This document shows, one piece after another, positions 37,838 through 50,290 of a DNA stretch of 64,000 nucleotides (the stretch's first letter is position 1; every line of letters begins with the position of its first letter). Source of the stretch: Raillietiella orientalis. Lineage: Eukaryota. A program made the position numbers and the translations under genes. Location: contig JAYWIR010000067.1 of the NCBI GenBank assembly GCA_036172245.1, positions 62,001 through 126,000 of the forward strand, written 5' to 3'. Under the pieces are notes generated by a model, which worked only from the letters and a program-made list of their open reading frames with translations, was not told the DNA's origin and searched no databases.

Positions 37838-38225
37838 ATTCGGGCGCGGCGGCACTGGTGGAAGCCGGCTGTCCCCGTTTAGCAGCCGGGATTGCAAGTC
37901 GACCCTCCGGGGTCCTTCCAGGATATCGAGGAGCCCTCCGGAGTTCCCCCTCCGGTTATCAAAATGAGGCCTGTTCCATGGAGCTGGTTGATAACACCCT
38001 TCGGCGGTTACCTCTCCAGAGTGGAAGAGGCTCCCTGCAGAGAAATCTGGAAGCGTCCCTTTCGGGTTCTCTCCAGAGGAGGAAACCAGGAGCAGATCCT
38101 TTCCTGGTTCCCTTCAGAGACCCCTCCCAAGCGTAAAAAGAGCGAACTCTCCTCCTCTCCCCCCTTACAAAAAGCGGGAAGGAAAGGAGAGGAAACAGAA
38201 GAACCCCGAAGAACTTCCATCATGT
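37838..38225 (+). mobile_element. Family B repeat, inverted relative to the adjacent copy
   Basis: 37838-37965 is the reverse complement of 37426-37553 with about 5 mismatches; continues with diverged family B body. Confidence 0.8.
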
Positions 38226-40684
38226 GCGTTGCCAAGGATGGAGTGCTTGCGACTCCCGGGAAGAGTGTTCCCGTCTGGAGGTTCCCGGGAAAAAAAAGGA
38301 GGGGGGAGACCTCCGCGTGCGCGTATAACCAGTTCGACGTGCCAGGTAACCCGAGAGCGGTGGCGCGGAAGGAACTCGCCGCATGCCTTCGCTCCCGGAG
38401 GCGTGGCGCCTCGGGAAGGGAACGCTCCGCTCAGAGAGTCGGGAGAGCCGGAGCGCGGGCAAGAAACGGGAGTAGGGGGAAATCCAGCGGTCGGCCGTGG
38501 TGTTGGTGGCGTTGCCGAGGAGGGAAAAAGGGGTCGTCGTTCCCTTCCCAGCCCCTCCAAGCGGACAGCCCGCCTACCCGCCCTCTGGAGAACTGCTGGT
38601 TTGTCTTCGGCCCCCGAACGCTCGCGCCGTTCGCGCTTCCGCCACGGCTTTTTTTGCTTTGGCAGGGATTCACCCATCATCTGCAGCCAGGAGCAAAACC
38701 TGGACCAGAGACAAATCCTCGGGAGTAACAAATGAAGGTAGCGAAGGCGAAAGAAAAAAAAAATCCCGAAACCGCCCGCAAGTAGGTCAGTGTCTTCGTG
38801 TACAGCGTTTGCGAACGAAACAGCCCGAACCCCAGAGGGTCGCATCTAATGGGACAGCGGCTCCGCGATGACTCTGCGTCTAATGCGCGGGAGAGGTCAC
38901 CGACGAACACGGGCACGCAGCGCGTGTGCAACCACGTCCGACAGTAGGCGCGCGCCTTCGGAAGTCGTTCCGGGAGAGGCGGACCTCTTTCCCGCGGGAC
39001 GAAGCACGCTCAATCACGAAATCGTACGCAGGCGTGGAGGGATCCGGAAGGGATCGGGCGCGCCCACGCGGCTTTTGCAGAGAAAGGTGAGCGCGGCATG
39101 CAGGCAAGTCACGGTGCCCTCTTCCTTCCGACACGGACACCGCCCCCAGCACGAAGGCTAGGGCAGCAGCGTCCCCGACGAGGAGAGAGGGGTAGGGGGA
39201 AATGGAAACGGGAGACGAACCGCTGTTCTCGGATTCGCGAGAGTCGTGGGTCCATCTCGGTTCCCGATGACGCGGTCGTCACGGTCTCGACCGAGCAGAT
39301 GCGGCGGCGGGATCACGGGCCTCCGCACGCCCACGCAGGGAAGCACTCAGGAGAGAGCCGCTTCCTTGTTTGCTCTCCGCGAAGGATGAGGAAAGAAAGA
39401 AAAAAGAAAAAGAAAAACTTCATCAGAGGCGGAGCAGTCTCCCATCAAAGGGGTCGCCCGTCAAGTGGCGTCTTCCGAGAGGATGCGCTTCCAATCAGGT
39501 CCAGAGTGCCATCCGCGTCTGAGGAAGAAAACGGTGCCTTCCGTGTGGGCGATGGCGCTCCGAAGACTCTCGCAGATTCGGTGAGTCTTCGGAAGACGAA
39601 CCGCACACCACCGCAAAAAGGAAAAGGAAAAGGGAACCCCCGGCATCCCAGGACGGGGGGGGATTCGGCTCCAGGAGGGTGGAGCACCAGGAAGCGGACG
39701 AGTCCTGACAGAAATTGAGCGAAGCCACGAAGCCGCGTAGCGGAAAGCCGATCGCATCGCGCGATGCCCGGACGGGCGAGGGTTGCCATGGCGACGGGGG
39801 CTGGTCATTGTTGAGCCATAAACGGGGGATCGAGCGGAACGATGACTTCCACTCGGGACTGTCCCTAACGCGCTGCGGAAGCTGCAAGGAACAAAGCGAA
39901 CGAGCGTCTGCCGGTTAGCACCCCCATTTGATCTTCAAACGTTGTTACGGTCGTTGGGAGGGATTAACGCGCCATGGTGGCGCTGATCCCAGGAGACCGG
40001 GGATGGGGATCGAGCGATGTCCCCCGGATCGCTACCTGGGCATCAGCGCGCAGCGTCTCCCTCTCGGTAGATCTTCCCGCCCCTCGGACGACGAAACGCG
40101 CGTCTGTCGCTCCCACGGAGGGAAGGAGCGCCGTCCGCTCCAGACGGGAAGTGGAGAAACGATCGGAGGGAGCAGGAGGAGGAAGACTCCGTCTCTTTCG
40201 AGGAAGACTCGTTTCCTGAATCCGCAAAAAGAAGGCGGGCGCGCGCACGGGTCCCCCCGTGGCGGGGGTTACGAAAAGCTGCGCAATGCTCGCGTGGAGG
40301 TTCTTTTTGCCGCGTCCCGTGGTCGATTTCGGATTGGAAGTTTTCTCTCTCTCTATCTCTCTCTCTTCCCGAGATTGATTGGAGCAGGCAGGCAGGGGGA
40401 CAGGCGTCGCTGATGGGAACGCTTGCCGGGCCTTTGAATTCGTGGCCCGCTTGTAGCAGAGGGAGGAGAACAAGTGTCCTAATTGTGAGCAGCGGGCACC
40501 CCTGGACCAAGAGACTGGGGACCCTTAGAAGAAGAAAGAGAACCGAGCTATCAGGGACGCGGGCTCGTCGGAGGCTGAAGTGTGCCCGAGAAGCCGGCGA
40601 GCTTGCCCGAGGGGACATATTTTCCCACGAGAAAGACGAGTCTTTCTCGCTCAAGTAGGGAAGTGGAAGGCTGGAGTAAGGTGG

Positions 40685-41790
40685 TGGGTCACGCCGGTCA
40701 GGCCGGGTGTTGCTTGAGGGAACAATGAACGTACAACTGTTGTGGTAGTGCACATAGCCCCACCATGTCCAATTCTTCGAAGGCCCGTGCCGGGACTCCG
40801 AGGTGAAACCTCGCCGGCTTGCGCACCGGCGGGGTTTCACCTCAGCAGCGGTGGGGAGGGGAGAAAAACGAAAAGAAAAGAATAAATAAAATAGGAAACA
40901 CTGTAGAGGGACGGGAAGGGATCGCTGTTCGCTCAGCATTCTTTCCGGATGCTGGCGCTAGGTTCGTCCCGTGGGCCATCTGGCTGGCACCTGCAAAAAG
41001 CGAGAGGAGAGCTGGATGGCGTCCCTCTCGTCTCGTCCTCTGCAGGCTTCGCTCCCGGCCGCAGCAATCCCACAGATGCAGCAGAGGGCTGCTGGGGGGC
41101 TGAGGCTAGAAGAATGGCATTTCGCACGAAGAGGAGCCGTAAAACATCCCTGGGGTTGCCAACCGGGGTCCACAGAGTCGTCTCCAGACGTTCCCACAGG
41201 GGTCAGAGGGCAGCACAGTCCACGAGCAGGTGCGGGAGAGACCCCCCGGTTTGGGAGAGAGTTGTAGGGTAGTGTCGGCTCCTGGTCACTTCAGGGAGGA
41301 GGAGGCTGTTGCCCACGAAATCTATGGGTCACTCCATTCCTCACAAGGAATGCCGAGCAGTTCACCCGAGCCGCTGCAGTCCTCGTGGATTGAAGGACGC
41401 TTGAGGCTGCAGCATCCGGCAGGCGCTCCGCGGTTGAACCACTCAGTGCCTTTCTAATGCAAGAGATCTCAGTGTCTGGCTGCTTCCAGTTGCCCTCTTC
41501 AGGGAGGGGCATCATCGCAGCGATCCGGCAACTCAAGAGGAAAGAAAGCCGCTCCCCTGCCTGCCTCCTCGAAAAGTTTCCGCCGTCCTTCTCGGCTCCC
41601 GTTCCAGCCTCCGGGAAGATGCAGGCGGGGAACGTTCCGGTGTCGTTGAGGGATCCCCTTCACGGATTTTCGAGCCATTGTCAACACCCCGCCGGGTCCC
41701 TAAAAGCCGCAAAGGTAATCTTCAGTCGGCGTCTCAAGCCCCAAGGACGAGTTGCTTTTCCTATTGCCCCTTCTGATGTGGTCTGCAGGA
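40685..41790 (-). mobile_element. L1/Tx1-like LINE 3' ~1.1 kb (decayed)
   Basis: MMPLPEEGNWKQPDTEISC (~L.P.EEGGL..PD), DNA gggcagcacagtccacgagcaggtgcggg shared with zf-RVT copies, 3' end ggcgtgacc. Confidence 0.6.
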
Positions 41791-42729
41791 TTCGCTGAGC
41801 TGCGGGAGGATATCGGCTGCGGATGCAAACTGCATCCGCAGCCGATATCCCTGCATCCATGCTGCTGCATCAGGACCTGACGGGCCCAAAGGCTTCGAAT
41901 GCTTACGCAGCATGGGCGCACGTAAACTCCCCCCCCCCTCCCGTCATTCCCTTCCTGCTAAAAGGGATGCTTTCAGCGAGACGCCGCCTTGGAAACGTTC
42001 CGTAACATCTTCCTAGCACATGACGCACGCCACCGTTGGAAACGACCCGCTTCCTGTAGATCTCGAGTCGCCATGCGAAAATAAAGCGAGGTGGAATGAC
42101 GTGCATCCGGAACGCGTCGGCGGACCGGAACGAGAGAACGCCTCAAAAAAGCAAGGGGAGGGGAAAGGGGGAGGGGGGACGGAAAAGCTCAGCACCAGGG
42201 GTGAAGACGGCTTTTGTGGTCAACTCGTGGATGCAATAGAAAGAGCCACCTCTCGTGTTCCTGCAGATGGCGACTTGTGCTGCAAGTGTTTGCTCCGGCG
42301 CTCGGGCGGGCTTCCAGGATTTTTCGAAATTGCAGTTCATCTTACGGACGTGAAGCTCGCTGAAGTGGGTCTTACTGAAAGTTCTGCACTTTCAGAATCA
42401 GCGGGGGGGAGGGGGGCATTCATGCAACGGGAGGACAGGAAGGACTTTCGAATGCGGAGAAACTGGCTGTTTGGGTTCCGCCTCGTGACACTGAGGACAC
42501 TGCTTTCTTCCGAGGCCAAGAAGAGCCAATCGACGCTTCGTCTGCGGTGAGACCTGCAGAAATCAGTCAGAAAGAAACCGGATTCTTCTTCGGGGGACAG
42601 GTGGCGGCTGGTAGCGGCTGAACCGGTCCGCTTGGAAGCCAGGAGGCCCCTGGCAGGAGGAGCGGACACGTCCCCTTCAAAGAGACAGCTGCTGAGGAAA
42701 CTCCTGCGACTGATTCCTCCGCATCCTCG

Positions 42730-42820
42730 TATTGACTCTTCTAGACAGGGGGCTACCCCAGAAAGACCACCCTGTGAATTCACGAAGTCTCCGAAGAAAA
42801 GGGTCCGTTCCTCTCGCACG
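42730..42820 (-). mobile_element. Family B repeat fragment
   Basis: Minus strand gagaggaacggac...cagggtggtc...gaagagt parallels 45480-45550. Confidence 0.5.
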
Positions 42821-42828
42821 CCTGGTGG

Positions 42829-43600
42829 GTTTATCTCCCGGTCACGCCGGGATGTTTATTATAAAAAAATAATAAACATACATGTTTAGGGCCACCGGAC
42901 CTACATAGTCCGAAAATGCTCTGAACCTGCCGAGTAACCGGCACGCAGGCCACCGAGGTTGACCTCGGCAGCGGAGGGGCAAACAGAAATAAAAATAAAT
43001 AAAAACCAACCTCTGGGTGGCACGGGAAGGGATCACAGTCCAGTGGAGGGCTCCCTCGACATCCTTTCCATGATGCCGGCAAGTTCCATCTGAGTATGCC
43101 CCCAGGTGGGGCCATCTTGCTGCCTCCCACAGGAAGCGCAGAGAGAAGCAGATGGCGTCCCTATCGTGCCGTCCTCCTCTCGCGTAGCTCCAGACCGCCA
43201 CATCAGCAAGCAGCAGCAAAGAGTTAATGGAGATGCGGCTGGCTAAAGGGTATCGCGCACGAGGTGCCCCTGGGATTGTCCGTCGGTACACCAAGAGCCG
43301 TTGCGTAACACAACTACAAGGGTTGGAGGGCAACATGGTCTACGAGCTGGTGCTGGAGTGATTTCCGTCCCCGCATCTGCAACATTCGGGGTCCACAGTC
43401 CCCGGGTCCGGTGAGACCGGCGGTCGTTGCACGGGAGACCTCAGTGCAACAGCAAAAGTGCCGACTCCTGTCAGTTCAAATGGAGGGCCAGGTTGTTCTT
43501 CAGCTCTAGGGGCCACTCGAGGTCTTCCTGTGGGATTCCCAGCATTCACAGCGCAATAGTCCTTTCGGTGGGTCACTTAAGGTCGCAGCGTTTGTGAGCT
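42829..43600 (-). mobile_element. L1/Tx1-like LINE 3' end with zf-RVT relic
   Basis: TVDPECCRCGDG zinc-finger remnant; clear inverted homology to 46300-46991 including the 3'UTR and terminus aataaa..cgtgaccggg.gataaac. Confidence 0.75.
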
Positions 43601-43689
43601 GACCCGTGGTCCAACCATCTAATTCCTTCGTCCAAAGGCCTATTTCACAACTGACCTCCCATTTGGCCGGCTGGTTACTGTCCAGGTAG

Positions 43690-44372
43690 GGGAACCCATT
43701 CTCGTCCTGGTCGTCTCCGGAGGGAACCTATTCATCATTCTCTCCGGAGGGACTCCCGGAGGGAACCCGCAAGGGAGCCGCTCCTTGGTAACCCCTATGA
43801 AGAGAACCACGAAGGGAGCAGCATTCTCCTTGACACTCTGGAGAGGCGACCTCCCGAGGGGAATACCAACTAGCTCCATGGCACGCCATGGAGGAGAACT
43901 TCCTCCTCATTTCTTCTCTGAAGGGATCCCCCGGAAAGGATCTGCTCCCTACTTCCTCCTCTGGAGAGTATCCCGAAGGTGAGCTTCCCAATCTTCTCTG
44001 AAGGGTCGCTCCCGAAGAGCAGCGCGCTTCTTCACACTGTGGAGAGGCATCCATCCACCAGCTCCGTGGTACATGATGGAGGGTTCCTCTACCCCTAGGA
44101 GGGGAGGGAGCTCCGAATGTCTTCTCGATTCCTGGAAGGACCCCGGAGGGTCGACGTCCAATCCCGGAGGCCAACGGGGGCATCCGGTTTCCGGATCTGC
44201 ATCCGAATAGACCAACCAGCGTTATCTTATGTGGAGCAACTCGGAATCCACAACGCACGCATTTCTCCGGAGTCGACCCTTTCCCCCCCGGTCAGGATTC
44301 GAACCCGCGATGCTCGGTACACCGCGCGCGGGGGCAGCATCCTCACAGCCGCCAACGCGGGCCAAAGCGCTC
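43690..44372 (-). mobile_element. Family B SINE-like repeat with best-preserved tRNA-like head
   Basis: A-box-like TGGCCCGCGTTGG (44364-44352), perfect B-box GGTTCGAATCC (44305-44295), then family core and ~40-bp subunits. Confidence 0.75.
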
Positions 44373-45479
44373 CCTTCTTTCGTGGGGTCGTCAGCTGACA
44401 CGTCAGCAGAAAACCAGCTGCCTGGGCCATGGCGCGACGTCTAGGGCGAAGCGCCCTCTGCGTGGACGGACGCGTGGCTTCGAGTCCACTCCGCGCGGGA
44501 CTACCACTCTTCAACGGCCTGCAAAAACCCAGGAACGACGCGCGCTCCTCGAGCGATGTCTGTTGGGCGCGCTTCGACCCAACTGCATCCAGAATCCCCC
44601 GTGTGGCTTGTCGGTTTTTCTTTTTTTTTTCCCCTTTTTCTTTCCCGTAATTTCATGAACAAGATGAGACTCCAGCCAGCTTCCCTTTCCTTTGACGATC
44701 CCGGAAGTGATTATCGAACGACTCATAAATTCGGGAGCAGACTAAACCCGGCCGCAGCCACCTTCGCTTCAAATCCCTGAAAGCAAGTGTCTACGGAACC
44801 ATGGAGCAAATTTCCGTGACACTATAAACCAGACGAAATCCCATTGCCAGCTTGCCTCTTCTCTTTGCGTCCCACAAGTCAAGTGATTACGGAGCTCTCC
44901 GAGGAGGTTTTCTTTTTCTCTCCGTTTTCTTTTTTTTGTTGTTGTTGTTGTAAAAACCTGCTTCTTCCTTTGTGCCCTGTTCCTGCTCGTGGCAGCCGGC
45001 ACAATCCGGAATGCCTTGCGTGAGTGGCTGTTTCCCTCCCCCCCCCTACCCCTCTTCCCCTTCCTCCTTTTTCCCATGGGCACTACCAGGTTCTTCGAGG
45101 AGCATCGGCACGGTTCCTGCTCCGTGCTCCCGTGGGAACCCGACGCATCCATCCTCCCTCCTCCGGGCCCTGTGGCACGCGCTCCCATCTCAGGATGGCT
45201 ATCCAACCTCGCGCTCGCCATCTCCAGCCACGGGTTTCCCGTCTCCTAGAGTTCCGTTTCCAGGATCCCTCGCCTTATTTGTTTGTTTGTTTACCCTCCT
45301 CCCGCGCTCTCATCCCCTAAGAAAGAAAAATCCATTCTTCCCTCCAACCCCTGCAGTCGAATAACCTCCACCTGGCGACCCTGCAGCTCGTCCCGAGCGT
45401 GGTTCTCAACTGGCACATTCCTTCCGCAGCATCCCCCAGTGACAGAAGCGTCCCGGACGCGACGCTGCGTCGCGTCCGG

Positions 45480-45995
45480 TACTCTTCCAGTTATAGGGAC
45501 CACCCTGTAATCCGGGAAGGCTCCAGAAGGAGTCCGTTCCTCTCTCGCTCTCAGTAGGGGGATACCGGAGGGAACCTTCGCTCTCGCTCTCGCCCTGGTT
45601 ATCTCCAAAGGAACCCCCAGGATGCAGTCCTTCCTCCTTTCTTCTTCAGAGTGACTCCCGGAAAGGATCCGCCCCCTGTTCACTTCCTACTGAAGGGATT
45701 CCCCAAAGGGAGTAACGCGCTTCTTGATGCCTGGAGGGGTGACCCCCCGAAAGGGGGCATCGACCAGCTCCATGGAACGCAATTGAGGGGCCTCCCGAGG
45801 GAAGGAGATGATTCCATTTTCACAACCGGAGGGGGTTCTCCCGGAAGACTTCTTGCTTTCTGGAAGAACCCCGGATAATCGACTTACGATCCCATCTGGT
45901 TAAGGGGGGCTTCTGAAGGTTTTCGACTTCCACGAATGACACGAAGCCCGCAGGCCAACCGGGCGCATTTCGCCATGAGACCGGACTCGAATCCC
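45480..45995 (-). mobile_element. Family B repeat
   Basis: B-box-like GATTCGAGTCC (45993-45983), ccggggttcttccag, cctccggttgtgaaaatg, ccatggagctgg shared with other copies. Confidence 0.65.
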
Positions 45996-46139
45996 TTTTC
46001 CTCATTTCCTCCCCTCTTCAGCCCCTGGCCCCTCTGAGCGCGCGTCCTCCTGGCATCCTGCGGACTTCTCTCACGGGGCGCTCCTGCAGGTGCTACTCCT
46101 GTCAGCTCTCCCCACTCCACCCATACCTCGCTCGCGGGC

Positions 46140-46991
46140 ACGTGGTGATCGCTCGGGAAGTGTCCGGAGCGCCATCTTCCATCTGTCCCTCAGAAATCTG
46201 GCCTCAGGTTCCGGATGTCCCCGTTTGCCGATCTCCAGCGGTCCATCTCGCGGTGCCTGTTGCAGCGTTCTCTGGCCTCCTAGCGGGCTTCTTCCCCCAG
46301 GACGCCCGTCTCCCTCCCTCTAAAGTGGTGGGAGTCGCCGTCGATGCTGCTGCACTAGGGTCGCCCGCGAAACGCCCGCCATCACCACTCGACACGGGGG
46401 GGATGGAGGTGAACCCAAACCGTGCCAGGTGCGGAAAGCGCGAATCCCTCCCGCACCTGCTTGTGGATCGTCTTGTTGCCCTCCGGCCCCTCTGGGATTG
46501 CCTCGCCGCGAATCCCCGGGAGACGCTTTACCACCCCTTCTCCTACGCGACGCCCCTCGGTCGGCAATCTCGCCAGCATATCTCTGCTGCCTACGCAGGA
46601 TAGTGGCGGTCTGGAGCCACGCAAGAGGAGAATTGAGCGGCAGGGATGCCACATCCGCTTCTCCGTCCACCACGCGAGGATGGCAACGAGATGGCCCCAC
46701 CTGAAGGACATAATGTACTGCAGCAACGGTTTGCCGACATCCTCGGAAGGATCGCCTCGGAGGGCGCTCCCAGCTGGACTTGACCCCTTCCCACACCCCT
46801 CCAGAATTTTCCTTTTTTATTATTGATTTTTATTTTTGTTTGCCCCTCTGCTGCCGAAACGAACCTCGCCGGCCTGCCTGCCAGTTACTCGGCAGGTTCC
46901 CAATATTTTCGAACGATGTAGGGCCGGTGGAGCTACACCTATATGTTTATTATTTTTATAATAAATGCCCTGACGTGACCGGGTGATAAAC
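46140..46991 (+). mobile_element. L1/Tx1-like LINE 3' end with zf-RVT relic
   Basis: EVNPNRARCGKRESLPHLLVDRLVALRPLW = decayed C-x2-C-x6-H-x4-C...W; T-rich 3'UTR, AATAAA, shared terminus. Confidence 0.78.
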
Positions 46992-48159
46992 CAACGGCTG
47001 AGGAGACGCAGTCAGCTGCTTCCGAAATCGGGTGTTTCAACTCCCCCCTTCCCCCCCAGTCAGCTGAAGAGGAAGGCTTGTGGGTGTCTTCGGTAGCTGC
47101 GCTGCCGGCGCCGTGTTGCTCTTCCCTACGTGCCTAGCAGCTGCGGGAAAAAACAGCAGGTTTATTGGGCTTGCCAGCCCGTGCACTGCCGTGTTCTGAC
47201 AGCTCCATGGCGCATGCACACTCTCGAGCGCCGGATGAACTCATCAGGCAGGAGTTCATCGCCACAGGGACTTTGGGATCGACGTAGGCAAAGGCTCCAG
47301 CAACCGGCCTTGGACCCGCACACCATCGAGACGGGTGTTGCCGCTGCTTGTTAGCGGCCGCTAATGAATCGCGGTATGACATTTTGCTTGAGCTAGCTAT
47401 AAATAGCAGTTTTCTGTAATTTATAGTTCAGAAACTAATTGCAAATTATTCCTAATATAAGCTCTACCAATTCTGATAGCAGTTAGTAGAGCAGAATTTG
47501 TTATAAGAACATCGGGTCAGCATATATAGGACGAGTTGCGCACTGCATGCTGTGCCAAAGATCATACATATCAGGTGTGCGAGGTTGAACTTGAATTACC
47601 TCTTTTTGATTATTTTCAAAAGATCATCCTCCGGAAGTACGAAAGCTTCCGGAGTTTCAGGACTGTGCGCCCTGGAGTTCCGTTGCGGGAGGATTGTGAC
47701 CGGGAACCTGGGCATGCAGGAGCAAGGGAGGTGACCTTCATCCCTACACCTGCAAGACCCTCTCTCGAGATCGAAGAGCGATCGAGCAGGCAACGGGATT
47801 ACCGGAAGTGAGATCCTTCGAGGACTCTTCCGGGGACAGGTAAGCGCAAGGTGGCACCGCCGGGCGTTAATTATGTTCGAAAACAAAACTGAGAAAAAAG
47901 ATGAGGGGACAGGTAGTCGTCCCCCTGTATGACCCCACGTCGCGGTTCATTTTGGTCTCCTCCGCAAGAAGCACCTTCACGAGGCAAAGTTTCTTAGGGA
48001 CGCATCAATGGGCCTTTCCGAGAGAGAGATGGGCGTGCGGAAGGTGTCAGCCAGTTTGAAGGGCGTGTCCCAGTGCCACTAGGTCACGCCCTTCAAACGG
48101 CCCAGCAAGCCGAACGGCAAGCAGCATCGAGAGTGAAGAGGCAGGGATACCATGCTGAA

Positions 48160-48640
48160 TCATCCTTCCCCTCCCTTCATTCCTCCCCTCCCTCCAACCC
48201 ACTCTGCCGAAGTGGCGACACCCGGCGTCGAGGTTGCTGCATTGAGCTGTGTCCCATGGAACGCACAACTCCACCATTACTGGACCAGCGGAACCGTGAC
48301 CCCAGACCGTGCCGGGTACAGTGAAAGGGGAAACCTCCCCGCACCTGTTTTTCGAGTGTGCGGCTGCTCCACACACACCCGGATCCTGCGGGAACGTTGG
48401 CCCGCGTCCCCGGAATCCCCCGAGGGACAATCCGAAGGACGTACTTGGGCGCCTCCCCGCGCGCGCGGCGTAGTGTCGACCGCGGGGGCGGCCGCAGCCT
48501 CTCGTCGCCTCCGTGGAGCTGCGGCAGCGAGAAGCCACGAGGACGGACAGGGAGGCAAACGCCGTCCGCCACCATCTTCTGTTTCCTCGAGATCACAGTG
48601 AGATGGCCGCACCTGGGCCTCCACGAGAAGGAAGTCCGGA
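48160..48640 (+). mobile_element. L1/Tx1-like LINE zf-RVT fragment, tail-to-tail with next copy
   Basis: LPKWRHPASRLLH...VPWNAQL...VTPDRAG...NLPHLFFECAA across frames; agatggccgcacctg shared with the 46.7-kb copy. Confidence 0.6.
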
Positions 48641-48644
48641 GCTG

Positions 48645-49470
48645 GTTGACACACGGTCACGCGGGGCGTTTATTTATAAAAAAATAAGGGCAGGACGTGG
48701 TATGACGTTTGATTGTGCCACGTTACTTATAACTACCTGTCGGGATCTGCCACTCAAGCCAGCGGGGCCGCCTGGGCAGCACAAGGGAAGCGGAGACAAA
48801 CAAAAAGAAAAAACGAACAAAACAGAAAAAAACAGTCAAAAATAAGAAAGAAGGGAGGGGAGGTTCGGGAAGGGATCACTGTGTGCTGGAGGGCGTCCTC
48901 TGCATCCTTGTAAGGATGCCGGCAAGTTCCTGGTTCAAGACTCCCAGATGGAGCCATTTTGACGCTGTCCTCATAAAGAAGACAGCAAAATAGATGGCGT
49001 TCCTGGCGTTCCGGCCTCCTCTGGCGTTGCTCCATGCAGCCACGGTCCCGCTGCATAGGCAGCAGAGTGCTGCTGGGGATGCGGCAGGAGAAAGGGCACC
49101 GTACAGGAAGAGGCGCTTTCAAACGTCTCTGGCGTTGCCTCCGGGGGTTCCAAGGGTCACGGCAAAGCGTCCCCAAAGGGATCTAAGGGCAGCACAATCC
49201 ACTGGGAGGTGCGGGAAGGATTCCTGCTCCCCGCATCTTGCACGGCTTGGGTTCACACACACCCGTGTACACAGATGCCGGCGGGTGTTGCACGGGAGGT
49301 CCAAGTGCAGCAGCATCAATGCCGACTCCCTCCACTTTAAGGGGAGGGTACGGGTGTTCCTGAGCACCGGGGGCTACTTCAGGTCTTCCTCCGGGATATC
49401 CAGTAGCACACCTCAGAGCAAAAGTCCACAAGGTCCAGCAATCGGGTTCGCAGCGTCGGTGAGCTGATCC
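48645..49470 (-). mobile_element. L1/Tx1-like LINE 3' end with zf-RVT relic (best-preserved copy)
   Basis: LPLKWRESALMLLHLDLPCNTRRHL...VNPSRARCGEQESFPHLPVDCAALRSLWGRF follows the zf-RVT pattern (P.K.R...W...H..LP....L....P.C..CG..E...HL...C......W); ends aataaacgccccgcgtgacc. Confidence 0.8.
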
Positions 49471-49819
49471 CTCGCTCACTTGCCCAGTCCTCTTCTCCTA
49501 CTGGAGATTTCCATGGAGGCCTCTCATCTAGCCCTAAGGCTGCTGTTCAAGTGTTCCCCAAGGGAAAGCAGCGCGGCGGCAGTTCTGTTTGCCCACGCAC
49601 TCTTCTCGGGATCTTCCAGGATCTCCTGGAGCGTGCAGTTGTTGTTGCACGCGTACAGGAAACGTAGCGCCTGTTCCGCACTTGGCTTCTGGATCCTCGT
49701 CCGCATGAGAACGGTTTCCTGCAACCAGGGACTACTGTTCGCGGGGCGGCACGAGATCCATGCGTTGTTCCTGACCAGCGTGGCCACCGGCCGCAGGTGC
49801 ACTCCGCCCGGTGCTGTTG

Positions 49820-50290
49820 GAAGCCGGAAATTGGATGTCCCCATTGACTGGATGGGATTCTTCCAGAAACCAAGGAGCGCCGGTTCCCTTCGGGGTGGCC
49901 CTCCGGTTGTGAAAATGCAGCCGTGTCCTCCTCCTTCGGGAGTATCCCCCGTCACCTACTCGCCTACCATGGAGCTGGTTGACACCCCCCCTTCCCGGAG
50001 ATTGACTTTCCAGAGTGTAAGAAGTGCGCTGTTCCCTTCAGGGTTCTCTCCCAAGCGTGAGAGGAAGGGACTCCTTCCTCTTGAGCCTTCCTGGATTCAT
50101 GGGGAGGTTCCCCCTATAGTTGAAGAGTCACACGCACCCTGATTGGTATGGACCCTGTTTAAGGGCTTCGTGAGCATCTCCTAAGGAGGCGGACGGTTCT
50201 TCAGCACTCCTTGAGAACCAAAAAAAAAGAGCTGAAAGGAAAGCAGCGAGAACGGAAGAATCCCCAAAGTATTTCCGTCATCCTAGATCA
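49820..50290 (+). mobile_element. Family B repeat body and tail
   Basis: Colinear with reverse complement of 36945-37480. Confidence 0.75.

Noticed and set aside
44285..44372. Functional tRNA gene
   Set aside because: B-box present but I cannot fold a cloverleaf with acceptor stem; it is fused to a dispersed repeat body.
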